A DNA stretch of 36,465 nucleotides, from assembly GCA_038064795.1 (NCBI GenBank), contig JBBTSH010000006.1, positions 1 to 36,465 of the forward strand, written 5' to 3'. Made by a program: the position numbers and the translations under genes. This document shows positions 25,216 through 32,111 of the stretch, piece by piece (position 1 is the first letter of the stretch; each line of letters starts with the position of its first letter). The stretch is from Patescibacteria group bacterium. Its GTDB lineage: Bacteria > Patescibacteriota > Minisyncoccia > Phycocordibacterales > SBAW01. Under the pieces are notes generated by a model that was not told the origin of the DNA, did no database searches, and was given only the letters and a program-made list of their open reading frames with translations.

Positions 25216-25805
25216 TTATCGTTAAAGTTTCTCCGCAACTTGTGAGGACCTTTGCTACACAAGTTGCGGCTGCACCTGAAGAACTGCGATGGCAAGACAT
25301 GAGTATCGAAGAATTGACCGCACTTGCCTCAACGCAGGCTCTTTTTGGCGGCACACAAACGTTCGTGCTCGCCGGGGCCATCGCGAGTGAGCGAGGACAA
25401 GAGTTTTTAGATATGGCAAAAACATTTGCCGAGTCGCCCCACACATTTATTTTTGAAGAAGAGAAGTTGCTCAAAGCGCCGGCGCACATTTTAGAAAAAG
25501 CTGGAGCGAAGATAGAGAAGTCCGCCCAAGGCGGATCGGCCTTGGGCCGAAAAGAATGGAAGTTTGACCAGTTTGGGGTTGCTGCGGCACTTGGCGCCAA
25601 AGACCGTAAAAAACTTTGGTTAGGGCTCATGGCCTCGTTTCGCGCCGGCGAAAAAGCTGAAGCAGTGGCGGGGCTTTTGGCATGGAAGGCGCGCGCAATG
25701 CGCGATGTAAATCTTTCGCGTGAACTTACGTTCATGTACCACGACTCCCACCGCGGCGCGGGCGACCTTGAACTTTTACTCGAGCGTTTTGCGCTGAAAC
25801 TCTAG
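25212..25805 (+). CDS. Hypothetical protein (possibly a short HolA/DNA polymerase III delta-like protein)
   Basis: ATGA overlap with the polA stop (ATG 25212, TGA 25213-25215). There is a weak resemblance to the delta-subunit N-domain (LFGG.Q.FVL.... pattern). Function uncertain. Confidence 0.5.
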   Translation: MIIVKVSPQLVRTFATQVAAAPEELRWQDMSIEELTALASTQALFGGTQTFVLAGAIASERGQEFLDMAKTFAESPHTFIFEEEKLLKAPAHILEKAGAKIEKSAQGGSALGRKEWKFDQFGVAAALGAKDRKKLWLGLMASFRAGEKAEAVAGLLAWKARAMRDVNLSRELTFMYHDSHRGAGDLELLLERFALKL

Positions 25806-25870
25806 CTGTTTTTGGTTTTTTGTTGTAAATTATCGAGTATTCCGCCCATGTCGTCGATGGGGCGGTCAGA

Positions 25871-25943
25871 CCGCCCATAGCTCAGTTGGTAGAGCGGCTC
25901 CCTTTTAAGGAGAAGGTCCTTGGTTCGAATCCAAGTGGGCGGA
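25871..25943 (+). tRNA. tRNA-Lys (anticodon UUU)
   Basis: Cloverleaf: acceptor ccgccca/tgggcgg, D-arm gctc-agttggta-gagc, anticodon loop cTTTTaa, T-arm cttgg-ttcgaat-ccaag. CCA is not encoded. Confidence 0.9.
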
Positions 25944-25946
25944 CAA

Positions 25947-26384
25947 ATGGAAGTTAAAACGAAATGGGTTGTCGGGTTTTTATTTCGCAACAATACAGAA
26001 GTTGCGCTTATTTCCAAAACTCATCCTGCGTGGCAGGCAGGCAAACTGAATGGCATTGGTGGAAAAATGGATGAAGGGGAAATGCCTATTGTGTGTATGC
26101 AACGGGAATTTTTAGAAGAAGCAGGGGTGGCCGTTAGTGACTGGAAAGAATTTGCCTTACTTAACGTACAAGACGGAGAAGTGCACTTTTTCGTAGCGCA
26201 CGGTGATTATAAATTGCAATCGCAAACCGACGAGATAGTGAGTTGGTATGCTGTCGCCGATTTAAAAAAATTGCCCATCATTCAAAATCTTGAATGGCTT
26301 GTTCCACTGGCACTCGACCCGGGCAGCAAGTATACGGTTGTAGAGTACTTTCAAACTCATGAAGGAAACGAGCGGTATGTATAA
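25947..26384 (+). CDS. Nudix hydrolase
   Basis: Nudix box GGKMDEGEMPIVCMQREFLEEAGV (GX5EX7REUXEEXGU). I place the start at the ATG at 25947, 3 nt after the tRNA-Lys 3' end. The track ORF from 25920 would overlap the tRNA. Confidence 0.75.
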   Translation: MEVKTKWVVGFLFRNNTEVALISKTHPAWQAGKLNGIGGKMDEGEMPIVCMQREFLEEAGVAVSDWKEFALLNVQDGEVHFFVAHGDYKLQSQTDEIVSWYAVADLKKLPIIQNLEWLVPLALDPGSKYTVVEYFQTHEGNERYV

Positions 26385-26409
26385 CTATCCTATAGGACAA
26401 CTAAACATA

Positions 26410-26937
26410 CTATTTTAATCTGCGTGTTAAGTGAAATAGCGCAATGCCGGCGGCGACGGAGACGTTGAGAGATTCTTTTCCTCGTCTAGTGTGACGAGGG
26501 TGGTGAGCCTGTCGAACCATTGCGCGATGCATGGGGATTTCGAGGACACGGTCGCAGAGTGTGAGCGCTGGGGCCGAGAGCCCGCGCACTTCGTTGCCCA
26601 ACACTACTGCGATTTTTTGTTTTGGCTTAAATTCAAAAAGAGATTTTGCGCGCGAATCTTGCTCGATCGCAACAATTTCATAGCCGTCTTTTTTCAATCG
26701 TCTCAAAACGGGCGCGAGTTGTTTCGAAGTAGAATAAGGGACCGTTTTTTCGGCGCCAAGCGAGACTTTTACAAACTCTTTACGGATCTTGCCGCGCGGG
26801 TCGGTGAGAGAGGGAGTGTAGCCCGAGAGGATTATTTTAGACACGCCCGCTGTATCTGCAGTGCGAAAAATAGACCCCACATTGTGCGCGCTGCGAATAT
26901 TGTGAAGCACCACAACCAGAGCATTTTCTCGGCGCAT
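26410..26937 (-). CDS. SpoU/TrmH-family RNA 2'-O-methyltransferase
   Basis: Motifs NIRSAHNVGSIFRTADTAGV, VVLGNEVRGLS and EIPM...ESLNVSVAAGIALF, with a ~15-aa basic insertion inside the last motif. I prefer the ATG at 26937 (AAGGA-like SD upstream), which avoids overlap with the upstream gene. Confidence 0.75.
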   Translation of the reverse strand: MRRENALVVVLHNIRSAHNVGSIFRTADTAGVSKIILSGYTPSLTDPRGKIRKEFVKVSLGAEKTVPYSTSKQLAPVLRRLKKDGYEIVAIEQDSRAKSLFEFKPKQKIAVVLGNEVRGLSAPALTLCDRVLEIPMHRAMVRQAHHPRHTRRGKESLNVSVAAGIALFHLTRRLK

Positions 26938-26947
26938 GTTCCTTTCG

Positions 26948-27328
26948 TTAGAGTGGGAGGTCGTAGGCAAAGGCCCCTGCGCCAGAGAGGAGGAGCGAAA
27001 AGGAAATTACGATCAACAGGATAACAGTTGTATTGGACAGTATGACGATGTGCGGATGGCGGCGGTTTAGCCATAATCCGATGCAAAATCCGACAATCGC
27101 CAAGAGCGAGGCTATTTGCGTGTAGTATCCAACGGAGAGCGCGACACCAACGATTACGTTGAAGATAATAGAAAGTGTAGGAAAAGCGGTAGACCGAGCA
27201 CGTGTAATTTCACTCCTGCGCTGCCATTGTTGATGCGCGAGATAAAACAGCATGCCAGCGACCGCCACGCGCAGGAGTGTCGGGGCAAAAAATGCAAACA
27301 TGAGGAGGTCGGGGAAAGGGTTAAGCAT
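26948..27328 (-). CDS. DoxX-like small membrane protein
   Basis: Four TM helices and a C-terminal SGAGAFAYD motif reminiscent of the DoxX GPG.FSLD ending. Confidence 0.5.
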   Translation of the reverse strand: MLNPFPDLLMFAFFAPTLLRVAVAGMLFYLAHQQWQRRSEITRARSTAFPTLSIIFNVIVGVALSVGYYTQIASLLAIVGFCIGLWLNRRHPHIVILSNTTVILLIVISFSLLLSGAGAFAYDLPL

Positions 27329-27337
27329 AAAATTATA

Positions 27338-27577
27338 TTAAGGAGTAAGGCCTTCGGGGTTGGAGGGAGGCGTGGTTGTTGATCCTTGAATGATGCCGCT
27401 GCCGTCTGCGGGGATAATCACTTGCGGTGCCGTCGGCGGCGAGAGGAAGTAGCCGCTCAAATCCGCACGCGAGGGTCCGCCAAACATAAACCATCCTATC
27501 GTAACCGCCGCCAAAAAGCCGATAAGCGCCAGCGCTATCCCCGCGGGGTTGGCTTTTGATTTTTCTTCATCCGCCAT
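27338..27577 (-). CDS. Small single-pass membrane protein (hypothetical)
   Basis: 79 aa with TM segment GIALALIGFLAAVTIGWFMF and a Pro/Thr-rich tail. Tightly packed between the murE-like and DoxX-like genes. Confidence 0.5.
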   Translation of the reverse strand: MADEEKSKANPAGIALALIGFLAAVTIGWFMFGGPSRADLSGYFLSPPTAPQVIIPADGSGIIQGSTTTPPSNPEGLTP

Positions 27578-27580
27578 GGC

Positions 27581-28849
27581 TCAATGATACCCTAACTTTT
27601 TCAGTTGCTCCTGCGCCACCTTGCGGTCGCTCCAGGGCTCTTTGGTGCCATGGGCGCGACAGATGCATGGGTCGGTCCCTTTGCCGGTGATGAGCACCGC
27701 ATCTCCCTCGCCTGCTTCTTTAAGCGCTTCGCGGATGGCTTTGGCTCGGTCGCGGATTATGTGCGGTTTGTGTTTTACGAATCCTTTGACAATATCGGCA
27801 ATTATTTTTTGCGGGTCTTCGTCATACGGATCTTCATCGGTCAAAAAGGCGATATCGCAAAACTGGTCGGCGATCTCTCCCATGCGCGGACGCTTCCAGG
27901 TGTCGCGTCCGCCGCCGGTCGAGCCTAACACGCACACGAGTTTGCGTTTGACTCCGGGCGTCGAGGATGGCCCGTAGGTTTCATACAATGCCTTGAGCGA
28001 GTCGGGCGTGTGTGCATAATCGACGACCACCGTGAACGGCTGCCCTTGTTCAACACGCTCTGCGCGGCCGGCAATGGCCGGCATGCGCTCGAGTGCTTTT
28101 TTAATCGTAGGGAGGGGGATGTCCATCGCTTCGCAGAGCACCAATGCGGCGAGAACGTTTTTGAGATTAAACACTCCGGGGAGCGGGACGGTAAACAACT
28201 CTCCCCGGCGCCACACAAACCGCACGCCGCGGTCGGTGGCATTGTATGGCTCGGCATCCGTAAGCGAAAAAGGGGTGCATACTTCGACTTTTGTCGCCAA
28301 AAAATCTTTGCCGTATTTATCGTCGGCGTTCGCCACGATGTAGCGCGGGCGCTTGGCCGACTCTTCGAGATGTTTGGCAAGCGAGAGTTTTGCCGCAACA
28401 TAGTTCTCGAGCCCGCCGTGCGACTCGAGATGCTCGGGCGCAAGATTAGTGAACACCAGCGCGTCGAGCTCGATCCCTTTGTGCCGAAATTGCGCCGCGC
28501 CCTCGGAGGTCATCTCGATGATTGCATGGGTCGCCTTTTTTGAAACCGCTTTGCGTAAAAATTGCTGCAGAAAAAACCTCCCCGGCATGGTCATTTTGTA
28601 CAAATTCGGTTCGCTTGTGCCGCCGATCGCAAAACGAATCGTCGAGGCGACCGCGGTCGTGTATCCTGCCTCGCGCAAAATAGCGTCGATGAGTTCGACG
28701 GTGGTCGACTTGCCCTTGGTGCCGGTTACCGCAATGACGAAAAGGTTCTTTGCAGGAAAGCCGTAAAATAATGCGCCGAGATACGCAAGTACAAGATGGT
28801 ACGCGCCGAGTACGGCGCGAGGGGTCATGTGTTTGATGAGTTCTTTCAT
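27581..28849 (-). CDS. Mur ligase family protein, MurE-like (UDP-MurNAc-tripeptide synthetase) lacking the usual N-terminal domain
   Basis: P-loop VTGTKGKSTT, DYAHTPDSL and GSTGGGRDTWKRPRMGEIA resemble the MurE motifs DYAHTPD and GGDRD..KRP.MG. 422 aa. ATGA overlap with ruvA. Confidence 0.65.
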   Translation of the reverse strand: MKELIKHMTPRAVLGAYHLVLAYLGALFYGFPAKNLFVIAVTGTKGKSTTVELIDAILREAGYTTAVASTIRFAIGGTSEPNLYKMTMPGRFFLQQFLRKAVSKKATHAIIEMTSEGAAQFRHKGIELDALVFTNLAPEHLESHGGLENYVAAKLSLAKHLEESAKRPRYIVANADDKYGKDFLATKVEVCTPFSLTDAEPYNATDRGVRFVWRRGELFTVPLPGVFNLKNVLAALVLCEAMDIPLPTIKKALERMPAIAGRAERVEQGQPFTVVVDYAHTPDSLKALYETYGPSSTPGVKRKLVCVLGSTGGGRDTWKRPRMGEIADQFCDIAFLTDEDPYDEDPQKIIADIVKGFVKHKPHIIRDRAKAIREALKEAGEGDAVLITGKGTDPCICRAHGTKEPWSDRKVAQEQLKKLGYH

Positions 28850-29427
28850 GCTGATCGGCTGCCAAGGTGTTTGAGCGCTGCAGAAAGCCTTTCACGAACC
28901 CCCTCTGCCTTGTCTCCAATACCCTTGAGCGCATGGCGCGACTCATCGGCACGATACCCCAACGCCATCAATGCTTCAATGACCTCCGCATCCGAGCCTA
29001 GAGCGGCGCCTGCCGTGCCTTTGTGCTCGGCAAGTTTGTCGCGCAGCTCAACCACGATGCGCTCGGCGCTTTTTTTGCCTATGCCGAACACCTTGGTGAG
29101 CGTCGAAGCATCGCCTTGCGCCACCGAACGCTTAAGCGAAGCGACATCGGCAACGTTCAAGATGCCGAGCGCCGTTTTAGGACCAACTCCTTGCACGCTG
29201 CAAAGCAGTTTAAAAAAGCCGAGCTCATCTTGCGAAGGGAATCCATACAGGTCGAGTGCATCTTCGCGCACCACCGTGTGGATACACAGAGACACGTGCG
29301 CGCCATCCTGCATCGAGAGCGCCACCGCAAGCGGCATGCGCACGCAGTACCCAACGCCTCCGACATCGATGAGCGCGGCATTCTCGGAAGTGAGCCCTGC
29401 AAAGGTGCCCGTAAGCTTGCCTATCAT
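28846..29427 (-). CDS. ruvA: Holliday junction DNA helicase subunit RuvA
   Basis: MIGKLTGTFAG......ALIDVGGVGYCV, HhH motifs (LCSVQGVGPKTALGIL, LTKVFGIGKKSAERIV) and C-terminal domain III (EALMALGY). I place the start at the ATG at 29427 rather than 29490. Confidence 0.85.
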   Translation of the reverse strand: MIGKLTGTFAGLTSENAALIDVGGVGYCVRMPLAVALSMQDGAHVSLCIHTVVREDALDLYGFPSQDELGFFKLLCSVQGVGPKTALGILNVADVASLKRSVAQGDASTLTKVFGIGKKSAERIVVELRDKLAEHKGTAGAALGSDAEVIEALMALGYRADESRHALKGIGDKAEGVRERLSAALKHLGSRSA

Positions 29428-29451
29428 ATACTTATAGAGTACTATCCTCGC
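29428..29451. promoter_or_regulatory. 24-nt divergent ruvA / rpsT control region with overlapping -10-like hexamers
   Basis: Plus strand: TACTAT (29440-29445) + 6 nt + ATG of rpsT (29452). Minus strand: TACTCT (29436-29441) + 8 nt + ATG of ruvA (29427). Confidence 0.35.
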
Positions 29452-29718
29452 ATGGCAATTACCAAGTCGGCCAAGAAAGCGTACCGCCAATCCCTTCGCA
29501 AGAAGGTTTTTAATGATGCGCGCCGGGAGGCGCTCCGCGGGGCACTCAAGGCCGCCCGCGAAGCATCAAAAAGCCTGCCTGCCGGCAGGCAGGGCGACGC
29601 AAAAACGCTCGCGGCCGCATACCAAGCGATAGACAAGGCACTTAAGCGCGGACTCATCAAAAAAAACACCGCCGCGCGGCGCAAAGCCAAGGTCGCCAAA
29701 CTCCTTTCGACAAAGTAA
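29452..29718 (+). CDS. rpsT: 30S ribosomal protein S20
   Basis: MAITKSAKKAYRQSLRKKVFNDARREALR... and a C-terminal ..KNTAARRKAKVAKLL are the S20 signature. 88 aa. The longer track ORF (from 29023) is antisense to ruvA. Confidence 0.85.
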   Translation: MAITKSAKKAYRQSLRKKVFNDARREALRGALKAAREASKSLPAGRQGDAKTLAAAYQAIDKALKRGLIKKNTAARRKAKVAKLLSTK

Positions 29719-29730
29719 AGTAGAGAGACT

Positions 29731-29802
29731 GCTCCCGTCGTTCAATGGATAGGACGTATCCTTGCGGAGGATATGATGTAGGTTCGATTCCTACCGGGAG
29801 CA
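29731..29802 (+). tRNA. tRNA-Arg (anticodon GCG)
   Basis: Cloverleaf: acceptor gctcccg/cgggagc, D-arm gttc-aatggata-ggac, anticodon stem tatcc/ggata, loop ttGCGga, T-arm gtagg-ttcgatt-cctac. Confidence 0.85.
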
Positions 29803-29823
29803 CAATGTTCGGGGAACATTGTG
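29801..29823 (+). other. Perfect 10-bp hairpin starting at the last two nucleotides of tRNA-Arg(GCG)
   Basis: cacaatgttc (29801-29810), loop ggg, gaacattgtg (29814-29823). No U-run follows. Confidence 0.5.
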
Positions 29824-29909
29824 CTGGCCACAGGCGCGTCGGCGCCGAGGCGGGGTCGCGGAAATTTTCAGCAGAAAATTATCTGTGACCACAGTACAAT
29901 AAAAATCCA

Positions 29910-29981
29910 GCTCCCGTAGTTTAATGGATAGAATGCCTCCCTCCGAAGGAGGCGATGCAGGTTCGATTCCTGCCGGGAGCA
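29910..29981 (+). tRNA. tRNA-Arg (anticodon CCG)
   Basis: Same acceptor stem as the upstream tRNA-Arg (gctcccg/cgggagc). Anticodon stem cctcc/ggagg, loop ctCCGaa, T-arm gcagg-ttcgatt-cctgc. TACAAT at 29895-29900 lies 9 nt upstream. Confidence 0.9.
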
Positions 29982-29990
29982 CCACGTGTT

Positions 29991-30491
29991 TTATAGTCCG
30001 AAGATCTCCGCGAGATGCTCGCCCATGTGCGGCTCTTGCTCCTCTTCTTTTACATAGTCACGCAAATGCGCGCGCACCTCGTCGCCTTGCGCGCGCGAGT
30101 CTAAGGGCAGCGCCAGGTGCGGCATGAGAATTCCGCCCGTTGTTAAAAAAAGTCGCGGCGGATCGGCATCTTCCTCAACCCAAAACGAATGGATGGTGGG
30201 GTAGGCGTACATCGTGCCATCTATGATAATGCCGCGCGTGTTGATGCGGATCATGTGCTCGCGCGGCCCGCGCGACGCCAAAAAACCGATAGAACCCGCG
30301 CCCACCAGCAAAATAATCGCTAGAAGCCCGTTGTTAAACCACACCGCGAGCGCGGCGCCGACGATGCCGAGCGTCCCGAGCGTCCAATACCAGTCGCTCG
30401 AGCGTTCTCTGTGCTCGTGGGTGTGCACCTCCCAGGTTATCGTCTTCTCCTCGGGCATTTGCTCTTTAGTATACCGCCTTTTTGTGTTCAA
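29991..30491 (-). CDS. Hypothetical membrane protein (two TM helices followed by a small soluble domain)
   Basis: WYWTLGTLGIVGAALAVWF and LLAIILLVGAGSIGFLA helices. The track start at 30491 is TTG. The in-frame ATG at 30458 (MPEEK...) lies 9 nt after a TATACT hexamer (30468-30473). Confidence 0.6.
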   Translation of the reverse strand: MNTKRRYTKEQMPEEKTITWEVHTHEHRERSSDWYWTLGTLGIVGAALAVWFNNGLLAIILLVGAGSIGFLASRGPREHMIRINTRGIIIDGTMYAYPTIHSFWVEEDADPPRLFLTTGGILMPHLALPLDSRAQGDEVRAHLRDYVKEEEQEPHMGEHLAEIFGL

Positions 30492-30503
30492 GGACGAGAA
30501 ATT

Positions 30504-30532
30504 TTGACATTTAAATTACCTTATGTTATTCT
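30504..30532 (+). promoter_or_regulatory. Sigma70-like promoter (TTGACA - 17 nt - TATTCT)
   Basis: -35 TTGACA at 30504-30509, a 17-nt spacer, then -10 TATTCT at 30527-30532. It is followed by a purine-rich SD-like aagaagggagg at 30551-30561. This is the only clearly leadered gene start I found. Confidence 0.45.
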
Positions 30533-30560
30533 ACAAAGAGTTGTCTTAAGAAGAAGGGAG

Positions 30561-30854
30561 GTGAGTTTCATCGAACCGACGTTAGTTGAGCGGTGGCAGC
30601 AGCTCCGCGAGAAGTATCCGGACGCAGCTGCACAAATCAAACAAATCATTTGCGCGCTCTATGCGGTGCGCAATGACAGGGAACAATTCGACGGAGGTCT
30701 AAATGCGCTTCAAGAAGAACTCACCAACGGTGTGTTGAATACATTGGCGCTCAATGCCACCGACAGACAGGCGCTCGCCATATGGGCGCAGGCCATGGGG
30801 ATGATCTTCCTCGTTGGCAAAGAACAAAAACTCAAGGGCCGCCATCGTCACTGA
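30561..30854 (+). CDS. Hypothetical small helical protein (~97 aa; start uncertain)
   Basis: Open frame with protein-like composition (LVERWQQLREKYPDAAAQIKQIICALY...). The ATG at 30411 would overlap the divergent gene and precede the promoter. The GTG at 30561 is the first canonical start after the promoter but abuts the SD. No family recognised. Confidence 0.4.
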   Translation: MSFIEPTLVERWQQLREKYPDAAAQIKQIICALYAVRNDREQFDGGLNALQEELTNGVLNTLALNATDRQALAIWAQAMGMIFLVGKEQKLKGRHRH

Positions 30855-30866
30855 CGAGGGCGGCCC
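30836..30866. terminator. Shared hairpin spanning both stop codons of the convergent genes (bidirectional terminator candidate)
   Basis: gggccgcc (30836-30843) pairs with ggcggccc (30859-30866), with an inner cgtca/tgacg stem. The plus strand follows with tatctctttt and the minus strand follows with ttgagtttttgttct. Confidence 0.5.
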
Positions 30867-31591
30867 TATCTCTTTTGAGTTGCGAGCATTTCCTGGAGTT
30901 GCAAATCGAAATCGGCGGCTATGGCCCAGTCTTTGATAAAGTCGCGGTCTTGCATTACTTTATCTGAAAATACGACGACCGTATTTGGATTTTTGTTCAA
31001 GTCGTGCGCGTTCATACCCGCTACCCACTTAAGTATTTTATGTTCAGGCAGCAAGTTCATCGTTGCGGCGCTTTGGATTGTGGAGGTCATAATCTGCAGG
31101 GATTTAATAAGATTGTTGTGTGCACGGACACGGGCTTCATCGGTCTTGACGAACTGTTCCTGCATGTCTCTGCCGCCGCCCGCGGCGAGGCGTTTGAGTG
31201 TGTGGAATCGAAGCACGGTGCGAATATATTCAGCGACGTTGCGTTTGATAGATATAGAACGGCCCGCGATCAAATTGCGGACTTTTGTTTCTTCAGCAAG
31301 GTCGTTCTCTGGAGTACCTTTTGCCCTATCCCCTGCGAGGGTTGCGTCAATAGCGTGTACCGCACGTTCAGTGCTTACATCCAAGACCGCAAGGGTGGGT
31401 ACGTTGCCGGCCGTATATTCGCGATACAGCGGATAACATTCGAGGCGGCTCAGGTCATCGCGGATTTCGGTCAGCAATTTTTCACTGAGCGGTATCTCTC
31501 CATTAACAATTTTGTCGTGGTTGGTATGAATCTTTGCCGCTACATCTTCTTCAACGGCTGAAATTTCCTGAGTTGGGGGCTTTTCTTGCAT
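30866..31591 (-). CDS. Hypothetical protein, 241 aa, no family recognised
   Basis: Long ORF with balanced composition. TATACT (31598-31603, minus strand) + 6 nt + ATG (31591). Bounded by terminator-like hairpins on both sides. Confidence 0.6.
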   Translation of the reverse strand: MQEKPPTQEISAVEEDVAAKIHTNHDKIVNGEIPLSEKLLTEIRDDLSRLECYPLYREYTAGNVPTLAVLDVSTERAVHAIDATLAGDRAKGTPENDLAEETKVRNLIAGRSISIKRNVAEYIRTVLRFHTLKRLAAGGGRDMQEQFVKTDEARVRAHNNLIKSLQIMTSTIQSAATMNLLPEHKILKWVAGMNAHDLNKNPNTVVVFSDKVMQDRDFIKDWAIAADFDLQLQEMLATQKR

Positions 31592-31654
31592 ACAGGCAGT
31601 ATAGCTCAGTGCGGAGGGGGTGAGATTCTCCGCCGAGGTCTCGGCATAGAGCTA

Positions 31655-31690
31655 TCCAAAAAAACAAAAGAGGGCTGGTCGGCCCTCTCT
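31655..31690 (-). terminator. Intrinsic terminator downstream of the RHH-like gene
   Basis: The minus strand reads AGAGGGC-CGACCA-GCCCUCU followed by UUUUGUUUUUUU. Plus-strand coordinates: stem 31669-31675 / 31682-31688, A-run 31657-31668. Confidence 0.65.
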
Positions 31691-31697
31691 CTGCAGC

Positions 31698-31735
31698 CCG
31701 CCGCAACCTCACTTCTGCGGCGGTTTGTTCTTTTT
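31698..31735 (+). terminator. Plus-strand intrinsic-terminator-like hairpin overlapping the RHH gene stop codon
   Basis: ccgccgca (31698-31705) pairs with tgcggcgg (31716-31723) in a perfect 8-bp stem, followed on the plus strand by tttgttctttttg. No annotated plus-strand gene lies upstream. Confidence 0.4.
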
Positions 31736-31921
31736 GTCGATAACTGGGAGCATCGGTGAGAAACCGTATTTGGCTTCCAACTCCACAAATGCAATCCTGA
31801 CAACTTCGACATCAGAAGTTGCCCCGAGGTGTAGTCGAAGGCGCTCAAAACGCGAACCAAAAGATGCGGGGAAAGAGAAATTCCGCCGAATCAGTGGAGA
31901 ACCAGCTTTTTTTCTGGCCAT
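31709..31921 (-). CDS. Small ribbon-helix-helix (CopG/Arc-like) DNA-binding protein candidate
   Basis: The pattern basic N-tail - beta strand (NFSFPASF) - helix (SRFERLRLHLG) - turn - helix (SDVEVVRIAFVELEAKYG) fits an RHH fold. ATG at 31921 (the GTG at 31924 is in the track). 70 aa. Confidence 0.45.
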   Translation of the reverse strand: MARKKAGSPLIRRNFSFPASFGSRFERLRLHLGATSDVEVVRIAFVELEAKYGFSPMLPVIDKKNKPPQK

Positions 31922-32028
31922 CACATTCTTCCTATTGTTGGGAAACAGCGAGCTTCGGCTAGCTTAGCTTAAATACAAAAACACGTAAAGCCAAGCCTCG
32001 GCATAGGTCCGATAAAAAAGTCTGACTG

Positions 32029-32111
32029 CGGAGGGTGCAGGACTCGAACCTGCAAGGGCTTTCACCCGCTAGTTTTCAAGACTAGTGCCTTACCATTCGG
32101 CGCAACCCTCC
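32029..32111 (-). tRNA. tRNA-Ser (anticodon UGA), long variable arm
   Basis: The minus strand reads GGAGGGU-UG-...-CUAGU-CUUGAAA-ACUAG-C-GGGUGAAAGCCC..-GCAGG-UUCGAGU-CCUGC-ACCCUCC-G. This is a class II tRNA with anticodon UGA. Confidence 0.9.

Noticed and set aside
25802-26017. 71-aa minus ORF and the 25920 start of the 154-aa plus ORF overlapping tRNA-Lys; also the 64-aa minus ORF at 29791-29985 across both tRNA-Arg genes
   Set aside because: They overlap well-formed tRNA cloverleaves. The Nudix gene has an internal ATG (25947) right after the tRNA. The other ORFs have no supporting features.
29023-29451. Long 231-aa version of the rpsT ORF and the 29490 start of ruvA
   Set aside because: The extensions are mutually antisense and not homologous to S20 or RuvA. 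The internal ATGs at 29452 (MAITKSAKKA) and 29427 (MIGKLTG) give canonical N-termini.
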